64,000 nucleotides of DNA from an uncultured delta proteobacterium (GTDB taxonomy: Bacteria; Desulfobacterota; Binatia; UBA9968): the NCBI GenBank assembly GCA_963755715.1, contig CAVWLW010000027.1, positions 64,001-128,000 of the forward strand, written 5' to 3'. The position numbers were made by a program, and so were the translations under genes. The notes below the pieces were generated by a model. The model ran no database searches and had not been told where the DNA came from. It saw nothing but the letters and a program-made list of their open reading frames with translations. Below, in pieces: positions 41,670-52,926 of this stretch; position 1 is the first letter of the stretch; every line of letters starts with the position of its first letter.

Positions 41670-43097
41670 ATGAGCGCGCTTGAATTTGGCAAACCCAGGC
41701 GACGGTTTGTGCCGGGTCGCGGCCTCGTCTATCTGGTATTGGTCATCCTCATCATCGGAGGCGGCTACCTTTTGGTACCCCGTTTCGAATGGCGCCGCCC
41801 GCAGATCAAGATCACCCCGGATATCGACACGATCGGCCTCGCCCCGGTGGAGATCGAAGTCGACGAGCCGGGCACGGGCTTAAAATCCTTCGCCGTGGTG
41901 TTGATCGCCGGCGGGACCGAGCACACGCTGGTTTCTGAGCAGTACGATCAGCCTTTAGCGCAAAAGAAATTTACCGTGGCTTTGTCGTCGAAGCTCACCG
42001 GCTTGAAAGAAGGGCCGGCCGTGCTGCGCGTGACCGCTCGTGACCGGTCGTTGTGGAATTTTTTTCGCGGCAATGAGTCCGTCGTTCAAAAGAATTTGAC
42101 CATTGACATCACGCCGCCGTCCCTGGAGCTGGTTGCGGACGATCGTTATGTCAACTTTGGCGGCGTCGGCGTGATCGTTTACAAACCGTCGCCCGATACG
42201 ATCACTTCCGGCATAAAGATCGGTAATTACTTTTTTCCGGGCTACAAAGGCCAAATTAAGGAACATCCGGATCATTACTTGGTTTTTTTCGCGCACCCTT
42301 ACAATGTCCCGGAGACGGAAAAGGCGTCGCTCGTGGCCACCGATAAAGCCGGCAATAGGCGGGAAATGAAACTCGTCTACGAGCTCAAGAATGTAAAGTA
42401 CAAAAAGAGCACGATCCAAATCTCCGAAGATTTCGTCCAGCAAAAGGTCGCGCCGTTGTTAAATGACGTGGGCGCGCGCCAAGGAAGCCCGAAAGATATT
42501 TTTATCAAGGTGAACAAAAATCTGCGCAAAGAGAACGAAGATAAAATCCGCTCGATCACCGAGAAGTCGACGCCGACCATTCTCTGGCACGGCGCCTTTA
42601 GCCAGCTCACGAATTCAAAGGTAGAAGCGAATTTCGCCGACGCGCGCACTTACATTTACAACAACGAAGCGATCGATACGGCGTATCATGTCGGCTACGA
42701 CTTATCGGTCACAAAGCATTACCCGGCCGAAGCGGCCAACAGCGGTGTCGTCGCGTTCGTCGGTGATTTGGGAATCTACGGCAACACGGTCATCATCGAT
42801 CATGGCTTGGGGCTTTTCACCCTCTACTCTCACTTAAGCGCCATCGACGTCAAAGTGGGCGACCCCATCAAGCAACAACAGCCCATCGGCAAAACCGGCG
42901 AAACCGGGCTTGCCGTCGGCGACCATCTTCATTTTGGCGTCTACCTGAACGGCCTACCCGTGCTCCCGGTCGAATGGTGGGACCAAAAATGGATCAATGA
43001 CAACGTCCAACCTAAACTGGATGGTTCGAGCGGAGAGAATATCGAGCAGGCCAAAGGCACCCCTCCGCGCAAGGTCGCGCGCAAACGGAAGAGATAG
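41670..43097 (+). CDS. M23-family metallopeptidase
   Basis: N-terminal TM anchor, HVGYD, YGNTVIIDHG, YSHLS, HLHF. Confidence 0.9.
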   Translation: MSALEFGKPRRRFVPGRGLVYLVLVILIIGGGYLLVPRFEWRRPQIKITPDIDTIGLAPVEIEVDEPGTGLKSFAVVLIAGGTEHTLVSEQYDQPLAQKKFTVALSSKLTGLKEGPAVLRVTARDRSLWNFFRGNESVVQKNLTIDITPPSLELVADDRYVNFGGVGVIVYKPSPDTITSGIKIGNYFFPGYKGQIKEHPDHYLVFFAHPYNVPETEKASLVATDKAGNRREMKLVYELKNVKYKKSTIQISEDFVQQKVAPLLNDVGARQGSPKDIFIKVNKNLRKENEDKIRSITEKSTPTILWHGAFSQLTNSKVEANFADARTYIYNNEAIDTAYHVGYDLSVTKHYPAEAANSGVVAFVGDLGIYGNTVIIDHGLGLFTLYSHLSAIDVKVGDPIKQQQPIGKTGETGLAVGDHLHFGVYLNGLPVLPVEWWDQKWINDNVQPKLDGSSGENIEQAKGTPPRKVARKRKR

Positions 43098-43179
43098 TCG
43101 CTTCACAGCCACCGTCTCTTTTTACGCGGCGAATTTCAAAAGCGACCCAACCGCCGTTTTCCTGACTGAACCTCCGCTC

Positions 43180-44590
43180 GTGAATTCTCGCGGCCAATCC
43201 AGTAAAACGGTTTCCGCTGATATCAGCGACTTCATCGCGCGAGCTACGATAAAAAATATCTCGCCTGAGGTGCGCGAGACCGCCAAGCTTCACTTACTTG
43301 ACGGTTTGGCGACCATGCTGGGCGGCGCCAACGAAAAATCCAGCCTACTTTTGCGCCGCCGTTTTCGCCGGCAGAAATTGACCGGTGAAGCGACAGTGCT
43401 GGGCTCGCTTACCAAATTTTCCGCCGAGCATGCGGCATTGATAAACGGCGTCCAGGGACATGTTCTGGACTACGACGACGCGCAACTCGCCACGTTGCCG
43501 TCGCGTCCGATGGGGCAACAAACCCATCCGACCACGCCTGTGTTGGCCGCGGCACTCGCCTTAGCCGAGAGCCGCAGAGCTACGGGAGCAGCACTGCTTA
43601 CCGCGTACATCGTTGGCCTTGAAGTCGCCTGCCGATTAGGCGATGCGGTTGACCCAAGTCACTATCTGGACGGTTTTCATCCGACCGGGACGCTTGGTGC
43701 ATTCGGCGCCACAGCGGCTGGCGCCCAGCTGCTCAAACTGTCACCGCGTTCGATACGCCATGCTTTGGGCATTGCCGGCACGCTCGCGTCCGGCCTGCGT
43801 GCAAACCGCGGCACCATGGCTAAAGGGCTGAACGCCGGGCGCGCCGCAGAAAATGGCGTGATTGCCGCGACACTCGCTGCCGACGGTTTCACCGCTTCGG
43901 AAAATATTTTCGATGACCCCATGGGGTTTTTCTCCGCCGCCTGCCGCGGCCGGGTCGACGCCGATCTTCTGCGATTCGGCAAGCCATTCTTTGTCGCGCG
44001 AACCAGGGGTAGCCATCAAGCTCTACCCCTGCGCCGGGGTACTCCACCCCACCCTCGACCTGACACTGAACTTGCGCGCAAAACACAGTATCGATCCGAA
44101 GAACATCGATCGAATTCGCGTCGGTCTCGATACCAATGCCGCCCTGCCTCTGGTTTACGAAAATCCGCTAGATAGTCTCCAAGCCAAATTCAGCCTCAAT
44201 TTTGCAGTAGCTGTTGCGATCGTCGACGGCAAAGCCGGACTAAAACAATTCACTGCCGAATGGCTGCATGACCCAAAGGTCAAAAGGCTTATGAAACGAG
44301 TTGAGCTCGTGCGCCGGCCCCCACGGAAAGGAACGCAAAAGATTGGCATCGATACCGAAATCGAAATTACGATGAAAAACGGTGTAGTTCATCGAGGAAA
44401 GACTACCATCGCCCGCGGTCATCCGAAGCTCCCTCCTTCGCGCGCCGAAATTGAAGATAAGTTGCGCCAATGTGCCGATGGTATTTTAGCGCCGCGTCAA
44501 ATTGCGAATTTTTTAAACGACTTTTGGACGTTGGAACGCGCCCCATCGATTGCCGCTTGGCTCCGGCTCCTCCGTCCGTCACGGCGTTGA
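43180..44590 (+). CDS. MmgE/PrpD-family protein (frameshift near 44000; start approximate)
   Basis: NGVQGHVLDYDD, GFHPTGTLG, KLYPCAGVLH, QAKFSLNF. Confidence 0.85.
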
Positions 44591-44646
44591 CTTTTTCCTA
44601 GCCGGGCGGGATAGATGATTGACCAATCGTCTCGGAGGATATTTGA

Positions 44647-45348
44647 ATGCGTATCGTCGATCTCAGCATGACGGTGGAAGAATGCGACTCGGCGCCCTTT
44701 GCGCCCGATGAAAAATATTTCAAACTGAAACCGATCATCAAGTGGGAGGACAAAGGTTTTGTCTCCAACGTCGTTGAGATGACCGTGCACGCCGGCACGC
44801 ACATCGACTCGCCGCATCATTTTTTCCGCGATAAACCGTCGATCGAACAATTGCCTCTCGAATCGATGATGGGCAAAGCCGTGGTTTTGGATCTGACCGC
44901 CAAAGGCATTGCCCATGCCAGCATTTCACCGGACGACTTGGATGAGGCCGAACGAAAACTGAAGCAGCAGGGCGTGGAGATTCAAGAGGGCGGCATGCTG
45001 TTACTCAGAACCGACTGGCCGAAGGGCCACGATACCACCGATCCCAAGTGGTGGAACGACTCGCCCTATCTCACCAAAGAAGCCGCGCAATGGGTCGTAA
45101 ACAAAAAGCCGTCCGTCGTCGGCTACGACTTCGCGCAAGAGGAAAAAGGCGCCGACTATCAGCAGGCCGACCAAATTTTGGAGAGCGCCATGCGCGTTCA
45201 TCGAACGATTCTGCCGAAAGTGATTTTTCAGATCGAGAACCTGATCAACCTCGATCAGATCGGCGCCACGGCTCAAGTCGTCGCCCTGCCGGTCAAATGG
45301 AAGACCGAATCGGCGCCGGCGCGCGTGATTGCGATCCTGGACAATTGA
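44647..45348 (+). CDS. Cyclase/kynurenine formamidase-family metal hydrolase
   Basis: HAGTHIDSPHH, LLLRTDW, IENLINLD, SAPARVIA. Confidence 0.88.
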   Translation: MRIVDLSMTVEECDSAPFAPDEKYFKLKPIIKWEDKGFVSNVVEMTVHAGTHIDSPHHFFRDKPSIEQLPLESMMGKAVVLDLTAKGIAHASISPDDLDEAERKLKQQGVEIQEGGMLLLRTDWPKGHDTTDPKWWNDSPYLTKEAAQWVVNKKPSVVGYDFAQEEKGADYQQADQILESAMRVHRTILPKVIFQIENLINLDQIGATAQVVALPVKWKTESAPARVIAILDN

Positions 45349-45363
45349 TCTCAGCCGCGACGA

Positions 45364-46359
45364 ATGAAAGCAGTCCGCGTCCACGACCTCGGCGGTCCGG
45401 AAGCACTCCGCTATGAAGAAATTCCCGCTCCAAGCCCGAAGTCCGATGAAGTTTTAGTCAAGATCGAAGCTGCCGGTGTTAATTTTCTCGATATCTATTA
45501 TCGCTCCGGCTTTCACTGGGGCGGCCACTATCGCCGCGCGCTGCCATATATTCCCGGCGCCGAGGCATCCGGCACCGTCGTCGAAGTCGGTCCCGACGTT
45601 AAAGACATCAAAATCGGAGATCGGGTTGTCTATGGTATATCCAATGGCTATGGCTCCTATGCCGAATTGTATGCCGTGCCAAGCTGGCACTTGTTCAAGT
45701 TCCCAAGCTCTGTAGATTTTCAAACCGCCGCCGCAGTCATGTTGCAGGGAATGACTGCGCATTATCTAACTCACAGCACCTATTCTTTGAAGCCCAACGA
45801 CACCGCGCTTATCCACGCCGCCGCTGGCGGAACAGGGTTATTGTTGGTTCAAATAAGCAAGCTGCTCGGCGCTCGAGTGATCGGCACCGTATCGACGGAG
45901 GAAAAGGCTCAACTCGCGCGCGCGGCAGGCGCGGACATGACGATCAATTACGCGAAAGAGGATTTTGCCGCCGAAGTAAGAACATTAACCGACGGCAAGG
46001 GTGTCAACGTCGTCTATGATTCCGTGGGCAAAGATACCTATGAGAAAAGCCTCGATTGCCTCGCGCCGCTCGGCGTCCTCGTCATCTTCGGTCAAGCGAG
46101 CGGTCCGGTGCCGCCCTTTGATACCGCGGTGCTGAACGCCAAAGGATCTTTATCGCTGGCGCGCCCGAGTCTCACCCATAACGTCGCGAATCACGCCGAT
46201 GTTGTCTGGCGCGCCGGCGATTTATTCAAATGGATCGAAACTGGGAAGCTCATCAGTCAATATCGGCAAGACTTTTTCTTTGGCCGATGCAGCGAACGCG
46301 CATCGGGAATTGGAATCGCGCAGATCGGTCGGCAAGATTCTCTTGATCCCGTGAAATAA
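45364..46359 (+). CDS. qor: NADPH:quinone oxidoreductase (zeta-crystallin family); likely frameshift near 46255
   Basis: GVNFLDIYYRSG, LQGMTAHYL, HAAAGGTG, YDSVGKDT, FGQASG. Confidence 0.88.
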   Translation: MKAVRVHDLGGPEALRYEEIPAPSPKSDEVLVKIEAAGVNFLDIYYRSGFHWGGHYRRALPYIPGAEASGTVVEVGPDVKDIKIGDRVVYGISNGYGSYAELYAVPSWHLFKFPSSVDFQTAAAVMLQGMTAHYLTHSTYSLKPNDTALIHAAAGGTGLLLVQISKLLGARVIGTVSTEEKAQLARAAGADMTINYAKEDFAAEVRTLTDGKGVNVVYDSVGKDTYEKSLDCLAPLGVLVIFGQASGPVPPFDTAVLNAKGSLSLARPSLTHNVANHADVVWRAGDLFKWIETGKLISQYRQDFFFGRCSERASGIGIAQIGRQDSLDPVK

Positions 46360-46360
46360 A

Positions 46361-47080
46361 ATGTACGGCTGGCGTGCCAAGATCGGACGGATTTCTCCTT
46401 CTCCCGAAACCGTCGGCTGCGAGGAATGGCGCCGCGCTTTACCGGCAGGCGTCTGCCTGGTTGAAACCCGCACGCTCCTCCACGATGTCACGGTCGAAGG
46501 ACTCACCGAAACCGTTAAGCAAGTCGAGCGCGCCGCCCTCGAGCTGGCGTCAGCCGAAGTCGACGTGATTCTCCAAGCCGGCACCGCCATCGCCTTCTTC
46601 CGTGGCTTCGGCCATGATCAAGAGCTCAGTCGCCGCATCAGCACCGCAACCGGGATCAAAGCCACCACGTCATTGACTTCGGTGGTTGACGCGCTACGCG
46701 TGCTCGGCATTAAACGTCCAGCGATCGCGACATCGTACCTCGCGGACATCGATGCGCGGCTAGTCGATGTCTTACAGCAATCGGGTTTTCGTGTTGCCGG
46801 AATTCGCGGCATGGGTCTCAAACGAAGCATCGATATGGGTAAAGTGATGCCAGAGGAAACTTATCGATTGGCCTGCGCGGTCGCGCGCGCCGCAACCGAT
46901 GCCGACGGCATCTTCATCTCGTGTGGCAATCTCCGCAGTTTCGAAGCCATCGAGCCGCTGGAAAAAGACACCGGCTTGCCGGTCGTGACAAGTAATCAGG
47001 CGGGGTTGTGGCAGGCGCTCAGAATGGCCGGAGTCCAAGAGCGACTGCCAAATCTAGGCCGACTCTTGCGCGAGCATTGA
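46361..47080 (+). CDS. Maleate isomerase/arylmalonate decarboxylase (Asp/Glu racemase superfamily)
   Basis: MYGWRAKIG, QAGTA, DGIFISCGNL, PVVTSNQA. Confidence 0.82.
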   Translation: MYGWRAKIGRISPSPETVGCEEWRRALPAGVCLVETRTLLHDVTVEGLTETVKQVERAALELASAEVDVILQAGTAIAFFRGFGHDQELSRRISTATGIKATTSLTSVVDALRVLGIKRPAIATSYLADIDARLVDVLQQSGFRVAGIRGMGLKRSIDMGKVMPEETYRLACAVARAATDADGIFISCGNLRSFEAIEPLEKDTGLPVVTSNQAGLWQALRMAGVQERLPNLGRLLREH

Positions 47081-47099
47081 GGGTAGAGCTTCTTCCAGC

Positions 47100-48185
47100 T
47101 TACGAATGCTCATCCTGGCAAAACCAATCCGTGGGCAGCTCTCTTCCCAATTTGCGTGCTTTGGCGAGCTCGTAGATTCTCGCCGCGGCGGCTGAGAACT
47201 GAAGTCCCAGCCCTAAATGATTGAGCATGCAGGTAACGTCGCGGTCATTTTTCCGGCCCGCTATTTTACCCGCCATGATTTCCGATAATTCAGGCTTAGT
47301 GCGCCAATCGGCGGCCGTGTTTTCCAACTCGGCGCGTCCGTAGTCGCCCCGTCCGAACTCGGGGATCTTAGATTCCTCTCCTGGAAGAGTAAATAGCTTT
47401 GCCGCCTCACGCGTAGACACGGCAATCAGATCGCAACGCATCAGCGCATCGAGCATCATCTCGCTCGGCCGCACGGTCGTAATATGCATGCCGTTAGAAA
47501 TCCACGAAGAAGGAAAGAACGGATCGAGCGCATTGGTCGTCAATGCGACGATATCGGCGCCCTTCGCCGCTTCTTCAGGAGCAGAGACGGCGCGCAAGCG
47601 CGCCTGTGTTTTTTTGCTCATCTTCTCGACGAATCTCTCACGATTTACCCTCGTCGGGCTGTAGACGCGGACTTCTTCAATAGGCAGCACCTGGCACATC
47701 GCCAGCAACGCCGGTCCCGCTTGCCAACCGGAACCGTAGAGCGCCATTACGGAGGAATCCTTTCGCGCCAGATATTTGGCCGAGAGCGCGTTGGTGACAC
47801 CGACGCGAATCGCCTGCATGTAGCCATCGGGAAATATCGCGAGAAGCTCACCGCTAGCCGTGCTGAAGACAAACACCAGCCCGACGTATTTATTGCCCAT
47901 GGCCAATGGAACTTTCACCCGACGTTGCCTGCCGCCGATTGTCGGCCAGGTGATAACGTCGGAGGTTAGCCGCATCGTCGTGACGCCGGCATTCGGCAAC
48001 GCGGCGCAAGAAGTCTTAAGGCCGTGATAACTATTTTCCAGCGGCCCCGGCACGAGCAGATCCTGACGCGGCATATTTACGGCTTGGCCGTTTCCGAGAT
48101 CGCGCAAGGCCGGCTCCAGTGCATTGAAGCATTCTTCCAAGGTAAAAACGCTTTCGATTTCTTCATTGGTGAGAATGAGAGTCAT
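47100..48185 (-). CDS. Ornithine cyclodeaminase/mu-crystallin-family protein 1
   Basis: MTLILTNEEI, GELLAIFPDG..RVGVT, YGSGWQA, GLGLQFSAAA. Confidence 0.87.
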   Translation of the reverse strand: MTLILTNEEIESVFTLEECFNALEPALRDLGNGQAVNMPRQDLLVPGPLENSYHGLKTSCAALPNAGVTTMRLTSDVITWPTIGGRQRRVKVPLAMGNKYVGLVFVFSTASGELLAIFPDGYMQAIRVGVTNALSAKYLARKDSSVMALYGSGWQAGPALLAMCQVLPIEEVRVYSPTRVNRERFVEKMSKKTQARLRAVSAPEEAAKGADIVALTTNALDPFFPSSWISNGMHITTVRPSEMMLDALMRCDLIAVSTREAAKLFTLPGEESKIPEFGRGDYGRAELENTAADWRTKPELSEIMAGKIAGRKNDRDVTCMLNHLGLGLQFSAAAARIYELAKARKLGRELPTDWFCQDEHS

Positions 48186-48214
48186 GACGTCTGTAACTGT
48201 GTAATTCGCGCGAC

Positions 48215-49435
48215 TCAGGAATTCATCGCGCGCGCCGGCTTGAGCAGCAGCAATGTGATAACCGCGGCGATCAATGGAAAGACGGCGATCGCATGCAAAG
48301 CGGCAGGTAAGCCATACGCATCGGCGATCAATCCGGCGGAAACCGGCGCTAGAAATGAAACTCCCATATTCGCGCCGTAAATGAGCGCCACGATGCTGCC
48401 CGAAAGCTCCTGCGGAGCCGCTCCCATCGCCGCCGAAACGATCACCGGCCGAAGCGCCCAGAGAAGCGCGCCGAGCGCGCCAAAACCACCGGCTAGAAGC
48501 AAACCCGACCCAAGAAACGGAATCGCCACGATGGTCGCGAAGCTGAGAAATGAAAATACGATGATTAAAGATTTGTAACCGAAGCGGTCGGAAATCCAAC
48601 CGACGAACGCCGGCGCAATCCCGGCAAACAAAAACAGGATCGACATATACGCGGCGGCAACCCCGGCGGATAATTTCAGATAGAGCGATAGGTAAAGCGG
48701 CAAAAACACCGCCAAAGCAGTTTGTCCCATGGCGCGGAGGGTCGACACTGCGACCAAGCCAAAGACCGCCTTATTTTTAATCACGTCCTCCCACAACGCG
48801 CGCCGATAGTCGCGCGCCCGCGGTGGCGCGAGATTGCCCTCTGAACCGAAGGCGGCGTAGAGCAAGCCGATCGTTAAGCCGGGAATCGCCCAGATTTGCA
48901 AGCTCGTACGCCAATCAAAAAAATTGAGCAAAAAACCGAGTGCGAGGGGGCCGATGACTTCGCCCAAGTTAGCGCTGCTGTCGTGAACACCAAGCGCGAA
49001 GGCTTTCTGCTCGCGATACTTCGCCGACAAGATCGCCAATGACTGCGGGTGAAATCCGCCGCCGCCGAATCCGCCGAGGGCCATATAAACCATCAGCATG
49101 GCGAAATTCGACGAAACGCTGAGCCCGAACGTGGCAAAGCCTATCATAGAGATACAGAGTCCGAGTAACAGGTTTCGCCGGCCGGCGAGATCCGCAAGAA
49201 ATCCGGACGGAAAACTCCCGACCCCGGCGAGTAATGTGCGCGCCGAAGCGAGCGCCCCCGCCTGGGCCAAGCTCAAACCCAACGACGTGGTAATGATCGG
49301 CAACACGACGACAATCACGCCGTTGAAAAGATGCTCGGTCATATGCGCAGCGGAGTTGGCCGCCAACCGGCCCCACGCCGCAAACGGCATCGCGACGGTC
49401 TGAACGTTTTCAATTTTCGCCAACAAAAACCTCAA
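48215..49435 (-). CDS. MFS transporter
   Basis: About 12 TM helices, GFLADLAGRR and GWISDRFGYK motifs, GGFHP. Confidence 0.9.
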   Translation of the reverse strand: MRFLLAKIENVQTVAMPFAAWGRLAANSAAHMTEHLFNGVIVVVLPIITTSLGLSLAQAGALASARTLLAGVGSFPSGFLADLAGRRNLLLGLCISMIGFATFGLSVSSNFAMLMVYMALGGFGGGGFHPQSLAILSAKYREQKAFALGVHDSSANLGEVIGPLALGFLLNFFDWRTSLQIWAIPGLTIGLLYAAFGSEGNLAPPRARDYRRALWEDVIKNKAVFGLVAVSTLRAMGQTALAVFLPLYLSLYLKLSAGVAAAYMSILFLFAGIAPAFVGWISDRFGYKSLIIVFSFLSFATIVAIPFLGSGLLLAGGFGALGALLWALRPVIVSAAMGAAPQELSGSIVALIYGANMGVSFLAPVSAGLIADAYGLPAALHAIAVFPLIAAVITLLLLKPARAMNS

Positions 49436-49558
49436 CGGAATATTAATTCGGATACTTATGCCGATTTCGCCAGAGCCGCAACAAGATCGATGAGGGTTTT
49501 AGCTGGAACGTTTCACCCGGCACTCGTCGGAAACAAAGCGCCGAGCGCCGGCGCCTGA

Positions 49559-49783
49559 TCAGCCGATTTCGATGAGCTTATGGCGCGCCGAATGACCGCG
49601 GATAATTTTAACCGTGGATTTGGCGACGCCAAAGTGGTCCGCGAGGATATCTACAAGAGCCCGATTGGCTTTACCGTCTTGCGCCGCTTCTCGCACCGCT
49701 ACTCGGTACTGCTTCTCGGCAAGCTCTACAACTTGGGCTTTTTTGGCGTTGGGCTTGACCGTTACCGCTATCTTCAACCCCAT
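49559..49783 (-). CDS. DUF167 (YggU) family protein
   Basis: VKPNAKK...DGKANRAL...IIRGHSARHK. Confidence 0.85.
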   Translation of the reverse strand: MGLKIAVTVKPNAKKAQVVELAEKQYRVAVREAAQDGKANRALVDILADHFGVAKSTVKIIRGHSARHKLIEIG

Positions 49784-49906
49784 GATTGACCATAGCGGGA
49801 GAAACGCTTGGCGAGCAAGCGTGAAAGTGCAAATGCGCGGAGGATCTTCGCGCGGGCTCTTCGATTCGCTCCGGACGGCGTGAACGACTTGAGCTTCTTG
49901 AACGAC

Positions 49907-50386
49907 TTAGCGCGCTTGCTTTTGCACCAATTCAAGAATCTGTTGATAAGATTTGAGCAGGTCCGTTGAAGTAACGATACCGCATACGCTGCCGTCATCC
50001 TCGACGACCGGCAGGCAATTGATGCGTTTAGCGAGCATTTTCGAAACCGCATCGATGATCGGAGTATTCCGCTTCACCGTAATCGGGTTGTGCGTCATAA
50101 TCTGCTCGAGGGATTTAGTGCGCGAATTGGGATTACGCGCTAACGCCCGAAAAATATCTCGGTCGGAAATCACGCCGACAACTTTGCCTTGATTGTCGAC
50201 CACGACACAATGGCGAAAAAATCGGTCGTTCATCAGATTGGTGACTTCATTGAAGCCATGATGTGGGCTAAGCGTTACCACTTTACCGGTCATCACGTCG
50301 GCAACCTCGGTGGGACCAATCACTAATGAAATTTTACGCGAAGTCGCAGCATCGGCGGATCCTTTATCGTTGAGATTCTCAAACAT
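49907..50386 (-). CDS. CBS-pair protein
   Basis: VADVMT...VVGVISDRD...IMTHNPITV...LPVVED..GIVTSTDLL. Confidence 0.9.
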   Translation of the reverse strand: MFENLNDKGSADAATSRKISLVIGPTEVADVMTGKVVTLSPHHGFNEVTNLMNDRFFRHCVVVDNQGKVVGVISDRDIFRALARNPNSRTKSLEQIMTHNPITVKRNTPIIDAVSKMLAKRINCLPVVEDDGSVCGIVTSTDLLKSYQQILELVQKQAR

Positions 50387-50439
50387 TGGTTTCGCTCCTG
50401 AAATTACCCAAAATTAAACTGGCGAACTGTCACAAATTA

Positions 50440-50455
50440 AGCAATTCTTACACCA
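50440..50455 (-). promoter_or_regulatory. Sigma54 (-24/-12) promoter for the CBS gene
   Basis: Minus strand TGGTGT-AAGAA-TTGCT, ~54 nt before the ATG. Confidence 0.6.
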
Positions 50456-50776
50456 CAGAGACCAGGCCGGCCTGGGCGTTCTGTCAACTTACATGAACTC
50501 GCAGCAATAGATGAAAAAATTGCCAATTCATCCCTGGTCTTACCGCAAGCTCTCGGCGCAACCCGCTATTGCTCGTCCAAACTTTGTCCAATTTCCGTTT
50601 GCGCATGCCCTAAATTGGTTCGCAGACGGGCCGCCCGCATAATAACATGAATCTTTCGCCGATGCGCTGCGAAATCGCCGGGTAGCAATTTAAAGTCCAT
50701 CAGGCCGCGCTGCATCCTGTACGGACCTCGGACCCTATGCTAAGAACACATTTAAATCTTTGCAGGAGCATTCCCG

Positions 50777-51841
50777 ATGACCCTTATTCTCAGTAACGAT
50801 GATGTCGAGTCGGCACTAAGTGTGCGCCGGTGTTTGGATGTTATGGAAGAGTCTTATCGGGAGCAGGCCGAAAGCCGTGCGGTTAACCGCCCGACCTGCC
50901 ATTCCTATTTGCCGCACTCGCTCGCCAACTCCACTTATAGTTTCAAATCGGTTGATGGCGGCGTCGGCAAATACGGCATTCTAGCGTTGCGGGTCACCTC
51001 CGACGTGGTTCAGGAACAACGAATCCGCGGCTCGATTCGCTTGGAAAAGCTGCCGCTCGCCGGTAAGGGGATGTTTGTCGGACTGGTTCAATTGTTCAGC
51101 GCCGAAACCGGCGAGCTTTTAGCGATCATGCCGGACGGCCTCATTCAACAAACCCGCGTCGGCGTCACGAGCGCTCTCGGAATGAAAGTCATGGCGCGGC
51201 AAGACTCAGAAGTTTTGGGCTTGATCGGTTCGGGCGGGCAAGCAAAAGCACACTACCGTTTCATGACCGCTAGTGATGCCGATCAAAAAAGTCAAAGTTT
51301 TCAGTCCCAATCCCGAGCATCGAAAAGCGTTCGTCGAGGAGATGGAAAAAGAAACCGGCGTTCCGGGCGAACCGGTAAATAGCGCCGAGGAAGCCGCCAA
51401 CGAGTGTCGACGTCGTCTGCACCGCGACAAATTCATCCGAGCCCGGTGTTGAAAATCGAATGGCTCAGGCCGGGTATGCACTACAATTCGATCAGGGAAT
51501 TTGAGACCGATCTCTCCGTGTTGGAGAAATGCGACGTGATCGCGATCCATACTCAATTCGGCGGCATCCAGCACTACCAGCCGCCCGGTATTATCGATGA
51601 CATGCCCGGCGTACGCCGCGAAAAGCCGCGCGACTGGTCGAAGTATCCGGAGATTTGCGATCTTATCGCCGGCAAAGCGCCCAGCCGGACAAACGAAAAA
51701 CAGATCAGTTTTTTCTTGAACAATGTCGGCACCGGCGTCCAGTTCGCCGCCATGGGTTATTGCGCCTACATGGGCGCGAAGGAAAAAGGTAGAGGCCATG
51801 AAATCCCCAGCGAGTGGTTCATGCAGGATATCAAGCCGTGA
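50777..51841 (+). CDS. Ornithine cyclodeaminase/mu-crystallin-family protein 2 (frameshifted)
   Basis: MTLILSNDDV, TGELLAIMPDG, IGSGGQA, NNVGTGVQFAA. Confidence 0.85.
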
Positions 51842-51871
51842 CGATCAGGATTTGAAAGCGGGTCAGAGATT

Positions 51872-52903
51872 TTAGTTTTTCATCATTTTCTTAAGCCGCT
51901 CGATCACTTCTGGCGGCTGGGACATGACATCTTTCGTCAGCGCCTCGACTTCTTCGCCGGTCGTCGGATCCATATCAAGCTTCTTCCTCTTCGTCTCCGC
52001 TAGAAACTCGGGATCTTTCATTGTTTTGTTAAAAGCCTCGCGGATCGTCTTAACAAGCTCCGGGCGTATCTGCGGCGGCGCAAGGTACGGCCGGTGAAAT
52101 TCCCCCGAGGCTAGCAGCGCTGTAGCCAGACGCCGTCCCGCTTCGGGTGTTTTATACTTGTCCATCAACTCGAAGAGCGTCGGCGTATTGGCTAATTTTT
52201 CATCCCTCGTTCGGCCGCCTTGAACCAGCTCGCGAGTAAAACCTCGCTTGCGCCAGGAATGAAACGGCTCGCGTGAGAAATACGCCTCGGAGCTGAGCGA
52301 ACGGCACTGGATCTCGCCCCGCTCGACAGCGAGATCGATCTCGTTGCCACCCTGATAGCCGGCGATGACGTTGAATTTAGCGCCGACGGTTTCTTCTAAA
52401 AGCTTCGGCACGAAATAACCCATGTTGCTCATGCCCGTCGTGCCACATTTGGGCGGCTCTTTGGCGGTGCGCACGTCGTCGATGCTTTTAAAAGGGCTGT
52501 CCGCGCGCATGTAGAGAACCTGCGGCGATTTGGTCGCGTTGCCGATCCAGGTAAATTTCGTCCAGTCGAATTTGACCTCGGGCCGCCCGATCAGTTGCTC
52601 GAAATAAAGACCGGCATTGATCGCCCCGAGTGTGAAACCGTCTGGTTTCGCGACCGTGTAAATATAGTTGGCGGCAATCATGTGGCCCGCGCCCGGCATA
52701 TTTTGCACGATGACGTTGGGATTCCCCGGCAGATACTTGCCCATGTAGAGCGCAATCGCGCGCGCGTAGAGATCGTAGAGGTCTCCCGCGACTGTGCCGA
52801 CGATGATCGTCATGGTTTTTCCTTGATAGTATGGACCTTGAGCGCGTAGGACTACGGGTGCCATGAGCAACAGAAAACTCGCACAGATAAGCGACTTGAG
52901 CAT
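51872..52903 (-). CDS. Bug/TctC tripartite tricarboxylate transporter substrate-binding protein
   Basis: YYQGKT..IVG, VQNMPGAG..AANY.Y.VAKPDG, GYQGGNEIDLAVERGE. Confidence 0.9.
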   Translation of the reverse strand: MLKSLICASFLLLMAPVVLRAQGPYYQGKTMTIIVGTVAGDLYDLYARAIALYMGKYLPGNPNVIVQNMPGAGHMIAANYIYTVAKPDGFTLGAINAGLYFEQLIGRPEVKFDWTKFTWIGNATKSPQVLYMRADSPFKSIDDVRTAKEPPKCGTTGMSNMGYFVPKLLEETVGAKFNVIAGYQGGNEIDLAVERGEIQCRSLSSEAYFSREPFHSWRKRGFTRELVQGGRTRDEKLANTPTLFELMDKYKTPEAGRRLATALLASGEFHRPYLAPPQIRPELVKTIREAFNKTMKDPEFLAETKRKKLDMDPTTGEEVEALTKDVMSQPPEVIERLKKMMKN

Positions 52904-52926
52904 CGGCAGGCTCCTTTCGAGCTTAA